Shown: positions 38,515 to 51,739 of the stretch, one piece after another | How the letters are laid out: every line of letters begins with the position of its first letter | Numbering within the stretch: position 1 is the first letter of the stretch | Origin: Mobula hypostoma | Lineage: Eukaryota | NCBI RefSeq assembly: GCF_963921235.1 | Contig: NC_086097.1 | Location: 250,110,001-250,174,000 of the forward strand | DNA: 64,000 nucleotides | Direction of reading: 5' to 3' | Made by a program: the position numbers and the translations under genes | The notes under the pieces: model-generated | The model's input: the letters and a program-made list of their open reading frames with translations, nothing else | Databases searched by the model: none | Told to the model about the DNA's origin: nothing

Positions 38515-40077
38515 AAAGGATACAACAGTATGTTACGAAAAACATAAAGTCCAACAAACAAGCAATGTGCAAAAGGATACAAACTGCAAATAAAATATAA
38601 TATCCATCTCAGCACAAGCAAAATGCTGGAGGAACCCAGCAGGTCAGGCAGCGTCTGTGGAAATGAATAAACAGCCTACATTTCGGGCCGAGACCCTTCA
38701 TCGGGACTGGAAAGGAAGGGGGAAGGGGAAGGAGGAGATAATGCTGAGAACATGAGTTGTCAAGAGTCCTCGAAAGTGAGACTGCGAGTTGTGGAATCGG
38801 TTCAGTGTTGCAGTGAGTGAAGTTACTCACACTGGTTCAGGAGTCCGATGGTTGTAGGGTAATAACTATTCCTGAACATCCTGTCTGATGGTAACAGTGA
38901 GAAGGGAGCATGCCCTGGATTGTGAGGGTCTTTGAGGGTGGATGCTGCTTTCTTATTTTCATCGTTGTAAACAAGAACGCATTGCAATAACTGAAATGTA
39001 TTTTCGCAGATTATCCATACTAGAATAAAAACGTTAGATAAGAATGTCAAAACCATCTGACATCGAAAGGAATAAAATAAGTGGATTCACGGGCATGACA
39101 GCTCTTCCACCCAAGCATGGTGAAGATATTGGATGGTTCAGTAAGGCTTAGTGCCGGACAAGCAACCCACCCAGTAAATTACATCCTTAATTCTTTGTTG
39201 ATGTTCCTTTACCAGGTTATCGATTGAGGAAATTAAACACTCTCTTCCCTTTTGGTCTTCATCTTTTTATTGCACCGACTTTGTTGTGTGGGGTTTTCTT
39301 TATATGGGGTTTCCTTGTTTCGTGGCTGCCTGCGGGGGAGGGGGTGGACGAATCCCAGGGTTGTAACTGTATACATACTTTGATAATAAATATACTTTGA
39401 AACTTGAAGTTTGAAGTGTACACACTATCCCGAATATTCGATTTTTCTTCACAAGTTTTTCAACCATTTCAGTCATAAATTCAGTAATCATTCCACTGCA
39501 AAGCAACACATACAAACTGCTGGAGGAACTCTGCGGGTTAGACAGCATCTACGAAATGGATGAAACAGTCGACTGGGAAGGGGGGGGGTGGAGGAAAGTG
39601 AAAGGCTGGTGGGGAATAGAAGGGTGGGGGGGGAGAAAAAAATCTATTTCTCACTTATTTTTGAAAAGCTTTTAAAATGTGCCAATTTCTAGAAAACGTG
39701 CAGGATGTAGAAGTAAAAATAACTTCATACAAAATAACTTTATTACTATTAACTTTATTGATAAATAATTATTTTTATTTACTTTATTTATTAATGTATT
39801 TATGTCATTCATATAACTTGGGGCTGTTGGTTAAGAGACGCTTGGAATATTGTCCATGGACCCATAATGTGACAAGTACTCAGGCCAGACATACTATAGA
39901 CGAAATACACGGAGAGCGGAAGGGCGAGGGACCTGCCCCTCTTCATTTAAAGAGTATATGATGGGCACCTTCCAGTTTGCAGCGTTTTTAATATTTTTAT
40001 ATTAACTGCAGACGCTGAACTTGCAGCTGGATGGCAATGGATTTAAGATCGTCGATTCTGTGCGCTGACTGTTAGGA

Positions 40078-40774
40078 CAGTCATTGAAAGTGGGCATGCA
40101 GGTACAGCAGGCGGTGAAAAAGGCGAACGGTATGCTGGCATTTATAGCGAGAGGATTCGAGTACAGGAGCAGGGAGGTACTACTGCAGTTGTACAAGGCC
40201 TTGGTGAGACCACACCTGGAGTATTGTGTGCAGTTTTGGTCCCCTAATCTGAGGAAAGACATCTTTGCCATAGAGGGAGTACAAAGAAGGTTCACCAGAT
40301 TGATTCCTGGGATGGCAGGTCTTTCATATGAAGAAAGACTGGATGAACTGGGCTTGTACTCGTTGGAATTTAGAAGATTGAGGGGGGATCTGATTGAAAC
40401 GTATAAGATCCTAAAGGGATTGGACAGGCTAGATGCAGGAAGATTGTTCCCGATGTTGGGGAGGTCTAGAACGAGGGGTCACAGTTTGAGGATAGAGGGG
40501 AAGCCTTTTAGGACCGAGGTTAGGAAAAACTTCTTCACACAGAGAGTGGTGAATCTGTGGAATTCTCTGCCACAGCAAACTGTTGAGGCCAGTTCATTAG
40601 CTATGTTTAAAAGGAAGTTAGATATGGCCCTTGTGGCTACAGGGGTCAGGGGGTATGGAGGGAAGGCTGGGTTCTGAGTTGGATGATCAGCCATGATCAT
40701 AATAAATGGCGGTGCAGGCTCGAAGGGCCGAATGGCCTACTCCTGCACCTATTTTCTATGTTTCTATGTTTCTA
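40078..40774 (+). mobile_element. Young CR1 3' fragment
   Basis: ORF 40084-40677, same protein as the copies at 6064 and 47881; same tail. Confidence 0.95.
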
Positions 40775-43687
40775 AACCAATAGTCGAGCTGGTATCATAT
40801 AATATTGCCGCACAGAAACGGGCTTTTCGGTCCCTCAAGTCCATGCCGATCTATTATTCTGCCCTGACCCACCGGGACCATACCCCTCCCACCCACGTAC
40901 CCATCCAAACTTCTCTTGAATGTTGAAATCAAATCCGCACCCACCCCTTCCTCTGGCAGCTCGTCCCACACTCTCACTGTCCTGAGTGAAGAGGTTTCCT
41001 CTCATGTTCTTCTGAACCTGTTCACCTTTCACCCTTAACCCATGACCTCTAGTTGTAGTTTCACCCAACCTTGGGGGGAAAGCCTGTTTGCGTTTACCAC
41101 TTAATCTTTAATCCTCAATAATTAAAAAAAACACCGAATAATTACTCAAAGACAGGGCAACTGATGGCCGCATGAGTTAAGTTTATCCTAAAAGGCCAAT
41201 TACACATGGTAAATCTCAACATTAAATGAACTCTGTTTCTAACGGTTATACTTGGACAACTGGTCACCTCCCAACAACCATGTCGAAGAATTGGGGCTGC
41301 GCTTTGCACAATTCGTTTTTCATATACTTATCGATGAGCATTAATTTGGAATGGTAGAGTAGGATTTGCGCATTCAGGATCGGTTTAATATCTCGGACGT
41401 GCTGTGTCGTGAAATTTGTTGTTTTGCGACAGCACTACGGTACAATACATTTTTAAAATACTATAAATAAGAAAATAAAGAAACACCGCAAAAGAGATTA
41501 GGTGAGTTCATAGACCATTCAGAAATCTGAGAGCGGAGGGGACGAAGTTGTTGCTGACACTTAATTTTTTTTTAAAAAACCTGTTACTAAAATGTAAAGT
41601 GAAATATAAAACCTCGTTTCACTTTACAAGTGCTCAGATTAAACATTTCCTCTTCCGAAGATGGTTATCTTCCAGTCAAATTAACTGATCCAGGTCTGGG
41701 ACGAGGGACGAAGGAATTGACGGATGTGCAAGAGGCTGGCAACGGAGGAGCGCAGAGATCCTAGGATTGTGACGAAGAGGTAGAAGCTGAGCCCAAGGAA
41801 GGTTTTGAACACAAGAGGTTCTTTAATTACACCATATCAGGCTACATTCGTTTCCGTTGGAATTTTCCAAAGTATCAGCGTTTATACAATCAATTGAAAT
41901 GGTCACCCCTGCTAATCATTAATAATATGGTGGGAGGGCGGAGGATGGTTACCAAGAAAATATCTCCAGTCCTCGAGGTTTGACGAGTCGTTTTGATGAC
42001 CTAACAGAATAGAGTAGAACAGGGTCAACTTTCTGAACTCTACCAAACAAGTGTCAACTGATGTACACAAAGGCCAAATCAGTACAAACGAGGATTCGTG
42101 AGGGCTGTTAATGCAATTCGTCAGTTGGCATCGAGAATAAAAAGTTTTCCTAAACATGTATGTTTTCTGAAGTATCGATTTCAGTATTGAAATGTTTAAA
42201 AGACAAACACTGATCATTTGTTACAACCAGCTTCTTCCCTCCGCCGTCAGATTTCTGAACGGTCCATGGAACACTACCTCACTATTTTCGCGCTACTTTT
42301 TTAAAGTATACTTTCTATTGTAACTTATAGTATGTTGTGTATTACACAGTACCGCTGCCGCAAAACAACACGTTTCACTGCATGTCGGAGATAATAACCC
42401 TAACACTGATTCTAGTAACATGATTTGGTAAGTCAACCATCAGGCTCCTGAACCACGGGGGGATGAATTCATTCAGCTTCACTCACCGCATCGCTGAACT
42501 CTTCCCACAACCTAGCACTCTTCCTGATCCAGGTCTGGGACGACCTGAGGAAGCACTCGGGTCTTATGTTTTCGACATTTATTGTTTTATTTATATCTTT
42601 TCTCAGCTGAAGCTGGTAAAACCTGAGGTACGGGCATGGACAAGCACACTCAGTTCTCAATTGCTAGGAACTTTCGGACTATTCTAGTGGTGTTTAGTAT
42701 TGTGTCTTTCTGGAGATTAACATGAATATTACTGTGTAGGTTTAATTGTATAATGCTATTGTGTAGTGCCTTTGGGACGATACCAGTTGTAGATATTACT
42801 ATTGGGGTTTATTATTATTATTATCTCTTTTTGTATTTGCGCAGTTTGTTGTCTTTTGCACGCTGACTGCCCGTCCTGTTGGGTGCGGTCTTTCATTGTG
42901 TTTCTTGTATTAACTGTGAGTGCCCGCAGGAAAATGTACCTCAAGGTTACATATGTACCTTGATAATCAATTTACGCCAAGCTGTTTTAATTGTTTATAG
43001 GAGACTAGAAAACAAGCCTACTCCGCGAAGTTTGGAAGGATCCCAGTGACATATGTGCATTGAAGGTTTGTGAAGTGAAGAATTGTTTTGTCCCTATTGG
43101 TAATCTAATCTGTTGGTTTTCGCACACTTGGCTCTTGATATTGAGGATCAGCTCATAGCCGTGGGAGTTTGTACCAGTAGCCGGGCCTGAAGGCCATTTC
43201 CGCTGACAACCATTGTGCTCAGAGCTTGGTGCCACTCTGAATTAATTAACGGCGGAGATAAAGCCGGGACACGAGAGAGAGAACAAACGTCAGAGAACAA
43301 ATAGAACAGAGTGCCCGAGGCTTGAACCAGTCAGCAACCAACAACTGGAGTGAGCAAATCAGCAAATCAGCTCGGACCGAGTAAACAGAGATCGGACGGG
43401 ACGCTTCCAACCTCCAGAAAGCAATGGTTATTCAGGAGCACCTGGTACAGTAGACTCTTCAGTTTTTTTTCCGATGAAGTTTCCGTTCAGCTAGTTTGAT
43501 ATTTTGAAAACAGACTTGAGTTCCGGATTTAAATACCCATGCTACCTTTTGAAATCCATTCATTTAATGGGAGCTTTACCAATCGATTAAATTTCGTCTG
43601 ATGAACCGATGTTTATTTTGTTGCGACAAGTATGTCGAAATGTAAATATGAGTACGTTTTTAAAAATTTACTTATTCTGATATATTA

Positions 43688-44182
43688 GACCATAAAACGT
43701 AGGAGCAGAATTAGGCCATTTGGCCCATCGAATCCGCTCCGACATTCATTCATAGCTGATCCCTCTCAACTTCATTTTCCTGTCCTCGCCGCGTAACTTT
43801 TAACGTTCTTACGAATCAAGAACCCATCAGCCTCTGTTTTAAATATACCCAATGACTTGCCCTTCACAGCCGTCTGTAGCAATGAATTCCACAGATTCAC
43901 CACCCTCTGGCTAAAGAAATTCCTCCTTGTCTCTGTTCCAAATGGACGTCCCTCTATTGTGAGGCTGTGCCCTCTGATCCTAGACCCCCTCACCATAGGA
44001 AACACCCTCAAGGCCTTTCAATATTCCTTAGATTTCGGTGAGGTACACCCCCCCCCATTCTTCTAATCTCCAGTGAGTAGAGGCCAAAAACCATCAAACG
44101 CTCCTGATAGGTTAACCCTTCCGTTCCCATGATCGTTCTCGTCGGCTTCCTCTGAACCTTCTCCTTTCTTAGATAAGGCGCC
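43688..44182 (-). mobile_element. Old CR1 3' fragment
   Basis: ORFs 43772-44011 and 44008-44238. Confidence 0.8.
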
Positions 44183-44659
44183 GAGTGTTTTCCGTTATTT
44201 CTCGATAACATAGTGGGAGTTTTGTGATGAAACGACAATTAGCTATTTGTAAACATGGTTTCCTCAGAATAATTGGGAGGGGGGGGTTTGTAGGATTGAT
44301 CTTGAAAGGTCGGCACAACATGGTGTGGGTCAAAGGGCCTGTAATGTTCTACGTTCTGCATGTTGATGCGGAATAATAATGTAATCGGATACTACAAAGA
44401 GGGCAGGCAATCGACTCCAGATGTGGTTTACCAACCCTTAAGGGGACCGCAGTCCAGCTGTGCGGTGGGAACGTCACCCAGTGACAACATTGAACAGCTT
44501 ACTCGTTTTTAATGACCTGCAGGTCAGTTCTAAATAATCGCAAGGGCTCGAGAAACGCGTCAAGTTCAACATGAAATGGCGATGTTCGCTATTGAAAGGA
44601 AAAAGCCGCTACCCCTCAGTAGTAGTCTCGTTCAGAAGTGCATTTATATAAATAATCAC

Positions 44660-45305
44660 CTCCTCCCCCTACCCCCATTCAGAGCCCCGAACAGAACTTC
44701 CAGCTGAGGCAACACTTCACCTGCGAACCTGCTGCGGTCTATTGTGCCCGGTGCTCCCGATGCGGCCTCCTCCGCATTGGTGAGACCCGTCGTAAAATTG
44801 GGGACCTCTTCGTCGAGCACCCTCGCTTCCTCCACCAAAAGCAAGACTTCCCGGTGGCCAGCATTTCACTTCCGATCCCGTACCCATCCATGGCCTCCTC
44901 TTGTGCCAAGATGAGGTCGCTCTCAGCGTGGAGGATCAACAGCCTGGGTACCCTGACGGCATGAATATCGAGTTCTCCTTTCGGTAAAAAAAATCGCTAC
45001 CCTTCCCTCTTCTTCTATTCCCCACTCTGGCCTCTTATCTCTTCTCATCTGCCTATCACCTCCCCCTGGGTCCCCCCCTATGGTCCTAGCAGATTCCTTC
45101 CTACCCACCTGTCCTTACCTGTCACCTACCAGCTTGTCCTCCTCCCCCGCCCCCACCGTCGTTATTCCGGCTTCTTTCCCCCTTCCTTTCCAGTCCTGAA
45201 GAAGGGTCTCGGCCCCAAACGCCGACTGTTTACTGACTTCCGTAGATGCTGGCCGACCTGCTGAGTTCCTCCGGATCTCCAGCATCTGCAGAAGCTTTTT
45301 GTGTT
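44660..45305 (+). mobile_element. Older Penelope-like 3' fragment with a mutated hammerhead (45192-45227)
   Basis: Degenerate GIY-YIG region, pyrimidine-rich UTR, CTGAAGA...CAAACGCC. Related remnants at about 2560-2880(-), 4250-4470(+), 34058-34172(-), 37780-37900(-), 38612-38730(-), 45720-45920, 46050-46335(+), 52600-52815(+). Confidence 0.8.
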
Positions 45306-46914
45306 TATATAAATGGTCAGATTTCCATTCCGAAAATGCACAGTGACACACTGCCCGCTCCTTTTTGTTACAACCCAAAGATGTACCGGTTGGCAGGTTA
45401 ACTGGCCATTGTAACCCGTCGCGTGATTAGGCTGGGGTCAAGTTGGGGGATTGCTGGGCCGGTTCCGTCCGCACTGTATCTCAATAAAATTCTCCAATAG
45501 TTGCATACAGTACTATAATACTTCACATTAACCTGCAAATAGCAAGCCAGTTTCACGTTATTCAGTTGCAATTTAGAGTGACCAAGCTTATTATCAAAGT
45601 ACTTATATATCACCATATACAACCCTGAGATTCATTTTCTTGCGGGCATTCGCAGTAAATACAAAGAAATACAATAGAATCAATGAAAATTGCACACAAA
45701 GACTTACAAATACTGCACCGGGGAATTTCACTGAGATCAGATAGCATCCAGGGGACAGGAGTAAACTGTCGATGATTCGTGCAGAGACCCTTTATCAAGG
45801 TCTTGGTCCAAAACGCCGACTGTTCATTCCTCTCCATAGATGCTGCCTGTTCTGAGTTCCTCCAGCATTTTGTGAGTGTTGCTCTGGATTTCCAGAACAC
45901 CCGCAGAATCCCTTGTGTTCATGTTTAGATCTTTGTTAATTTTGTGTAATTATCTATGAGAATTTGAATATTAATAAAGCATAAGCGATGAGAACACACA
46001 AAGGGATTGAATCGAACGGTGCAACCGAATTTACCCTTTCTCTTTCCCTCACCTCCCCCTTGTCCTCCTCCTCCGCCCCTCTCTCCCATGGTCCACTCTC
46101 CTCTTATCAGATTCCTTCCTCTCCGGCGCCACCTACCACCTCCCAGCTTCCTACTTCATCTGCCTCCCCCACCCACCCATCTCCCCCTCACCTGGTCCTA
46201 CCTATCACCTTCTAGTTCGTCCTCCTCCTTATTCTGAATTCTTCCCCTTTCCTTTCCAGTCCTGAGGAAGGGCCTCAGCTACTGCCCGGCTTGCCTAGTT
46301 TCCCCAGCATCTCGCGTGTGTTGTTCTGGACTTCCAGTGTTTTACTAAGGTCACTTATAATGTCCGCACCGTTTTTTTTTCTGCGCCGTTGCAATTTACT
46401 TGTGCATAACCGCTAGAGTTCATCGCATAGGGAACAATGGACATTATCATATCAAACTAACGGGTTATAATGTGTGGTACGCCGACTAGCTAAAAAAAGC
46501 TGGCCGGAAAGACAGGCGGGAGAAAGTCCCTTAGCCTGATCGCGTCTGATAGTCCCGTTTCCAACGTCGCTATAACTCAATGGAAACTCCAAACGCTAAG
46601 TGTATGCATTATAAAGAAAACTTTTAAAAAACGCGTAAAACGCTTATTAGACTCCAAAAGAGTACATCCAAAAGAAAGCATTGGAATTTAAGACATTCCC
46701 GTAAACATCCACTTGGTTGGTTTCGGATCAGCGCTCAGAACCACGTGTGAAATGCTCCCGACAAGAAAACACAAGAGATTCTGCAGATGGTGGAAATCCA
46801 GAGAGAAACACACAAACACCATCTCTCTCTATCTCTCTCACACACACACGCACAATGCTGCATCTTTGGAAAGAAGAATGGGGGGGGGGGATCTCATTGA
46901 GAAAAGGATATAAC

Positions 46915-47341
46915 GCTAGGCTTGACAAGGATTTGGTCAGACCGCACAGGGAGAATTGTGAGCAGTTCTGGGCCCCTTATCTAAGAAAAGATTGGAGAGG
47001 GTCCAGAGGAGGTTTACAGAAATGATCACAAGAATGAAAGGGTTAATGTATGAGGAGTGTTTGATAGCTCTGAGTCTGTACTCACTGGAGTGTAAAAGAA
47101 TGAAGATGGGGCTGGGATTTGGTTGGGATCTCTTTGGAACTATCGAATATTGAAAGGCCTAAATAGAGTGAAGGTGGAGAGAATGTTGCCTATAATTGGT
47201 GAGTCTAGAACCAGACAGTACTGCCTCAGAATAGAGGGACGTCCATTTAGAATGGAGATGAGGAGGAATCACTTTAGCCAGAGGGTAGTGAATCTGTGGA
47301 ATTTATTTCCATAGATGACTGTATAGGCCAGGTCACTGGGT
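46915..47341 (+). mobile_element. Old CR1 3' fragment
   Basis: [19 protein letters not shown] and ORF 47123-47314. Confidence 0.75.
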
Positions 47342-47880
47342 ACATAATGTCTATAAAAAGTACCGTATTCATGCCCTTGGAAGTTTTCATGTTTTATTGT
47401 TTTACGACATTGAATCACAGTGGATTTCATCTGGCTTTTTTTTGACACTGATCAACATAAAAAGACTCTTTTGTGTCAAAGTGAAAACAGATCTCTGCAA
47501 AGTGATCTAAATTAATTAATTAAAATTGAACATAGAACAGTACAGCGCAGTACAGGCCCTTCAGCCCACAATGTTGTGCCGACCCTCAAACCCTGCCTCC
47601 CATATAACCCCTCCACCTTAAATTTCTCCATATACCTGTCTAGTAGTCTCTTAAACTTCACTAGTGTATCTGTCTCCACCACTGACTCAGGCAGTGCATT
47701 CCACGCATCAACCACTCTCTGAGTAAAAAACCTTCCTCTAATATCCCCCTTGAACTTCACACCCCTTACCTTAAAGCCATGTCCTCATGTATTGAGCGGT
47801 GGTGCCCTGGGGAAGAGGCACTGGCTATCCACTCTATCTATTCCTCTTATTATCTTGTACACCTCTATCATGTCTCCTCT

Positions 47881-49615
47881 CATAGAAACATAGAAACATA
47901 GAAAATAGGTGCAGGAGTAGGCCATTCGGCCCTTCGAGCCTGCACCGCCATTTATTATGATCATGGCTGATCATCCAACTCAGAACCCAGCCTTCCCTCC
48001 ATACCCCCTGACCCCTGTAGCCACAAGGGCCATATCTAACTTCCTTTTAAACATAGCTAATGAACTGGCCTCAACAGTTTGCTGTGGCAGAGAATTCCAC
48101 AGATTCACCACTCTCTGTGTGAAGAAGTTTTTCCTAACCTCGGTCCTAAAAGGCTTCCCCTCTATCCTCAAACTGTGACCCCTCGTTCTAGACCTCCCCA
48201 ACATCGGGAACAATCTTCCTGCATCTAGCCTGTCCAATCCCTTTAGGATCTTATACGTTTCAATCAGATCCCCCCTCAATCTTCTAAATTCCAACGAGTA
48301 CAAGCCCAGTTCATCCAGTCTTTCTTCATATGAAAGACCTGCCATCCCAGGAATCAATCTGGTGAACCTTCTTTGTACTCCCTCTATGGCAAAGATGTCT
48401 TTCCTCAGATTAGGGGACCAAAACTGCACACAATACTCCAGGTGTGGTCTCACCAAGGCCTTGTACAACTGCAGTAGTACCTCCCTGCTCCTGTACTCGA
48501 ATCCTCTCGCTATAAATGCCAGCATACCGTTCGCCTTTTTCACCGCCTGCTGTACCTGCATGCCCACTTTCAATGACTGGTGTATAATGACACCCAGGTC
48601 TCGTTGCACCTCCCCTTTTCCTAATCGGCCACCATTCAGATAATAATCTGTTTTCCTATTTTTGCCACCAAAGTGGATAACTTCACATTTATCCACATTA
48701 AATTGCATCTGCCATGAGTTTGCCCACTCACCCAACCTATCCAAGTCACCCTGCATCCTCTTAGCATCCTCCTCACTGCTAACACTGCCACCCAGCTTCG
48801 TGTCATCCGCAAACTTGGAGATGCTGCATTTAATTCCCTCATCCAAGTCATTAATATATATTGTAAACAACTGGGGTCCCAGCACTGAGCCTTGCGGTAC
48901 CCCACTAGTCACCGCCTGCCATTCTGAAAAGGTCCCGTTTATTCCCACTCTTTGCTTCCTGTCTGCTAACCAATTCTCCACCCACACCAATACCTTACCC
49001 CCAATACCGTGTGCTTTAAGTTTGCACACTAATCTCCTATGTGGGACCATGTCAAAAGCCTTTTGAAAATCCAAATATACCACATCCACTGGTTCTCCCC
49101 TATCCACTCTACTAGTTACATCCTCAAAAAATTCTATGAGATTCGTCAGACATGATTTTCCTTTCACAAATCCATGCTGACTTTGTCCGATCATTTCACC
49201 GCTTTCCAAATGTGCTGTTATCACATCCTTGATAACTGACTCCAGCAGTTTCCCCACCACCGACGTTAGGCTAACCGGCCTATAATTCCCCGGTTTCTCT
49301 CTCCCTCCTTTTTTAAAAAGTGGGGTTACATTAGCCACCCTCCAATCCTCAGGAACTAGTCCAGAATCTAACGAGTTTTGAAAAATTATCACTAATGCAT
49401 CCACTATTTCTTGGGCCACTTCCTTAAGCACTCTGGGATGCAGACCATCTGGCCCTGGGGATTTATCTGCCTTCAATCCCTTCAATTTACCTAACACCAC
49501 TTCCCTACTAACATGTATTTCGCTCAGTTCCTCCATCTCAGTGGACCCTCTGTCCCTTACTATTTCTGGAAGATTATTTATGTCCTCCTTAGTGAAGACA
49601 GAACCAAAGTAATTA
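47881..49615 (-). mobile_element. Young CR1 fragment with a complete open RT domain, nested in an older CR1
   Basis: ORF 47980-49737; CTCAT at 47879-47883 and 49616-49620; the older CR1 continues on both sides (47530-47880, 49616-49775). Confidence 0.96.
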
Positions 49616-49946
49616 CTCATCCTCCTTCTCTCCAAAGAGTAAAGCCCTAGCTCCCTTAATCTCTGATCATAATGCATATTCTCTAAACCAGGCAGCATCC
49701 TGGTAAATCTCCTCTGTACCCTTTCCAATGCTTCCACATCCTTCCTATAGTGAGGAGACCAGAACTGGGCACATAATAAATAATTAATCCTGCATTATTT
49801 CTATATGTTACTACAAAGGGCTTTTTGCAAGTTCCAATTCTAATGCTCTGGAGAGCTCGGAAAATGGCCACTCTGCGACTCATTTGTTGTAGCATGTACT
49901 ACTCATTACATTTGGACTCTGGGGGGGGGGGCGGTATTTCAGAAGT

Positions 49947-50257
49947 TTTTATAGGCATCCGTTGGTCTCGTGAGACCATGGATTTGTGCTTTGGAAGGTC
50001 TCCAGGGTGCAGGCCTGGGCAAGGTTGTATGGAAGACCAGCAGTTGCCCATGCTGCAAGTCTCCCCTCTCCATGCCACCGATGTTGTCCAAGGGAAGGGC
50101 ATTAGGGCCCATACAGCTTGGCACCAGTGTTGTCGCAGAGCAATGTGTGGTTAAGTGCCTTGCTCAAGGACACAACACACTTCCTCAGCTGAGGCTCGAA
50201 CTAGCAACCTTCAGATCACTAGACTGACGCCTTAACCACTTGACCATGCGCCAACAC
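49947..50257 (-). mobile_element. tRNA-head SINE, same family as 38196-38514
   Basis: Colinear sequence; perfect 11 bp TSD ATTTCAGAAGT (49936-49946, 50258-50268). Confidence 0.9.
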
Positions 50258-50511
50258 ATTTCAGAAGTGAATCAGCCAAATATACCAGCAAAACTGAACA
50301 AGGAGTGTGCAACGTGATAGTTAGCAAGATGAAAGGTAAGAAATACAATGAAAAGTAAAATGGAAGAAAATCATAAGCATTATTAAGGCGCCTAAATATT
50401 GTTCAAAGTAAGTTTATTATCAAAGTATGTATGTATCGTATATGCCACCGAGCCTGACAAACAACCAATGTGCAAAAGAAGATGAACTGTGCAAATACAA
50501 AAACCATCATC

Positions 50512-51120
50512 TAGAGGGATTGAATTCAAGAGCAGGGAGGTAATGCTGCAACTATACAGGGTACTGGTGAGGCCACACCTGGAGTACTGTGTGCAGTTCT
50601 GGTCTCCTTACTTGACGAAGGATATACTGGCTTTGGAGGCAGTGCAGAGGAGGTTCACCAGGTTGATTCCAGGGATGAAGGGGTTCACCTATGAGGAGAA
50701 ATTAAGTCACCTGGGATTATACTCTCTGGAATTCAGAAGAATGAGAGGGGATCTTACAGAAACATACAAAATTTTGAAAGGGATAGATAAGATAGTAGTA
50801 GGAAAGTTGTTTCCATTGGTAGGTGAGACTAGAACTCAAGATTGCCTCAAGATTCAGGGGATGAGCAGAAACTGTTTTTCCCAGAGAGGGGTGAATCTGT
50901 GGAATTCTCTGCCCAGGGAAACAGTTGAGGCTTCTTCGCTAAATGTATTTAAGATACAGTTAGATAGGTTCTTACATAGTAAAGGAATTAAGGGTTATGG
51001 GGAAAGGGCAGGTAGATGGAGTTGAGTTTACGGACAGATCAGCCATGATCTTATTGAATGGCAGGGCAGGCTCGATGGGCCGGATGGCCTACTCCTGCTC
51101 CTATTTCTCATGTTCTTATA
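50512..51120 (+). mobile_element. CR1 3' fragment
   Basis: ORF 50489-51025 with the CR1 ORF2 C-terminus and 3' UTR. Confidence 0.88.
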
Positions 51121-51739
51121 TAATAATAATAAATAAATCAATTATACTGAGAACACAAATTGTAGAGACCTTGAAAGTGAGTCTGTAGGTTATGGAATCA
51201 GTTCAGTTTTAGGGCGAGTGAAATTATGCACAATGGTTCAGGAGCCTGATGGCTGAGGGTAATAACCTGGTGGTGTGGAACCTAAGGCTCCTGTACCTCC
51301 GGCCCCATGGCAACAGTGAGAAAATGGCTCTATACAGAACCTGAAGGAATGCAAACCCTGAAAAGAGATTTTTCTCTTTGTTTTCTGCTTTTTTTGTACA
51401 AGTGTTTGCAGGGATTAGGGAAAAATGGAAAATGTACCTTTGTGATTAAGATATGGAGTATCTATTATCATTTCCATCGTCAATAGTATGTGTATATATT
51501 GTCACAAAATATCAAAAGCTATTACCGAGAAATATCCATCACTACATACAGAGCTTCATCTTAACACATGAGGAGCATTTCATGGCTTTGGGCCTGTACT
51601 CGCTGAAGTTTAGAAGAATTGAAACCTGATGAACATTGAAAGACTTAGATAGAGTGGATGTGGAGACGATGTTCCCTATGTGGGAGGAGTCCAGGACCAG
51701 AGGGCACAGTTTCAAAATTGAGGGATGTCCATTTAGAAC

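Larger units (their letters stand above)
35530..46950. promoter_or_regulatory. Broad CpG-retaining domain, candidate hypomethylated promoter/regulatory region
   Basis: CpG visibly frequent in both unique DNA and old repeats, in contrast to the flanks; GGTCACGTGG motif at 35576-35585 (minus); ACGTGACGTAA near 36606-36616; no TSS evidence. Confidence 0.5.

Noticed and set aside
41764..41983. About 70-codon open stretch (DCDEEVEAEPKEGFEHKRFFNY...)
   Set aside because: Bounded by stops, no convincing splice sites and no recognisable homology; this length is expected by chance.
5948..48643. Recurrent small ORFs such as MNLLCTPSMAKMSFLR, MIMADHPTQNP and MPPKWITSHL as a multigene family
   Set aside because: Antisense shadows of the near-identical CR1 copies.
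47980..49737. 585 aa ORF that looks like a permuted RT with a C-terminal motif at its N-terminus
   Set aside because: Chance in-frame fusion: a young CR1 (47881-49615) inserted into an older same-strand CR1 that supplies the first 40 aa; CTCAT is duplicated at the junctions.
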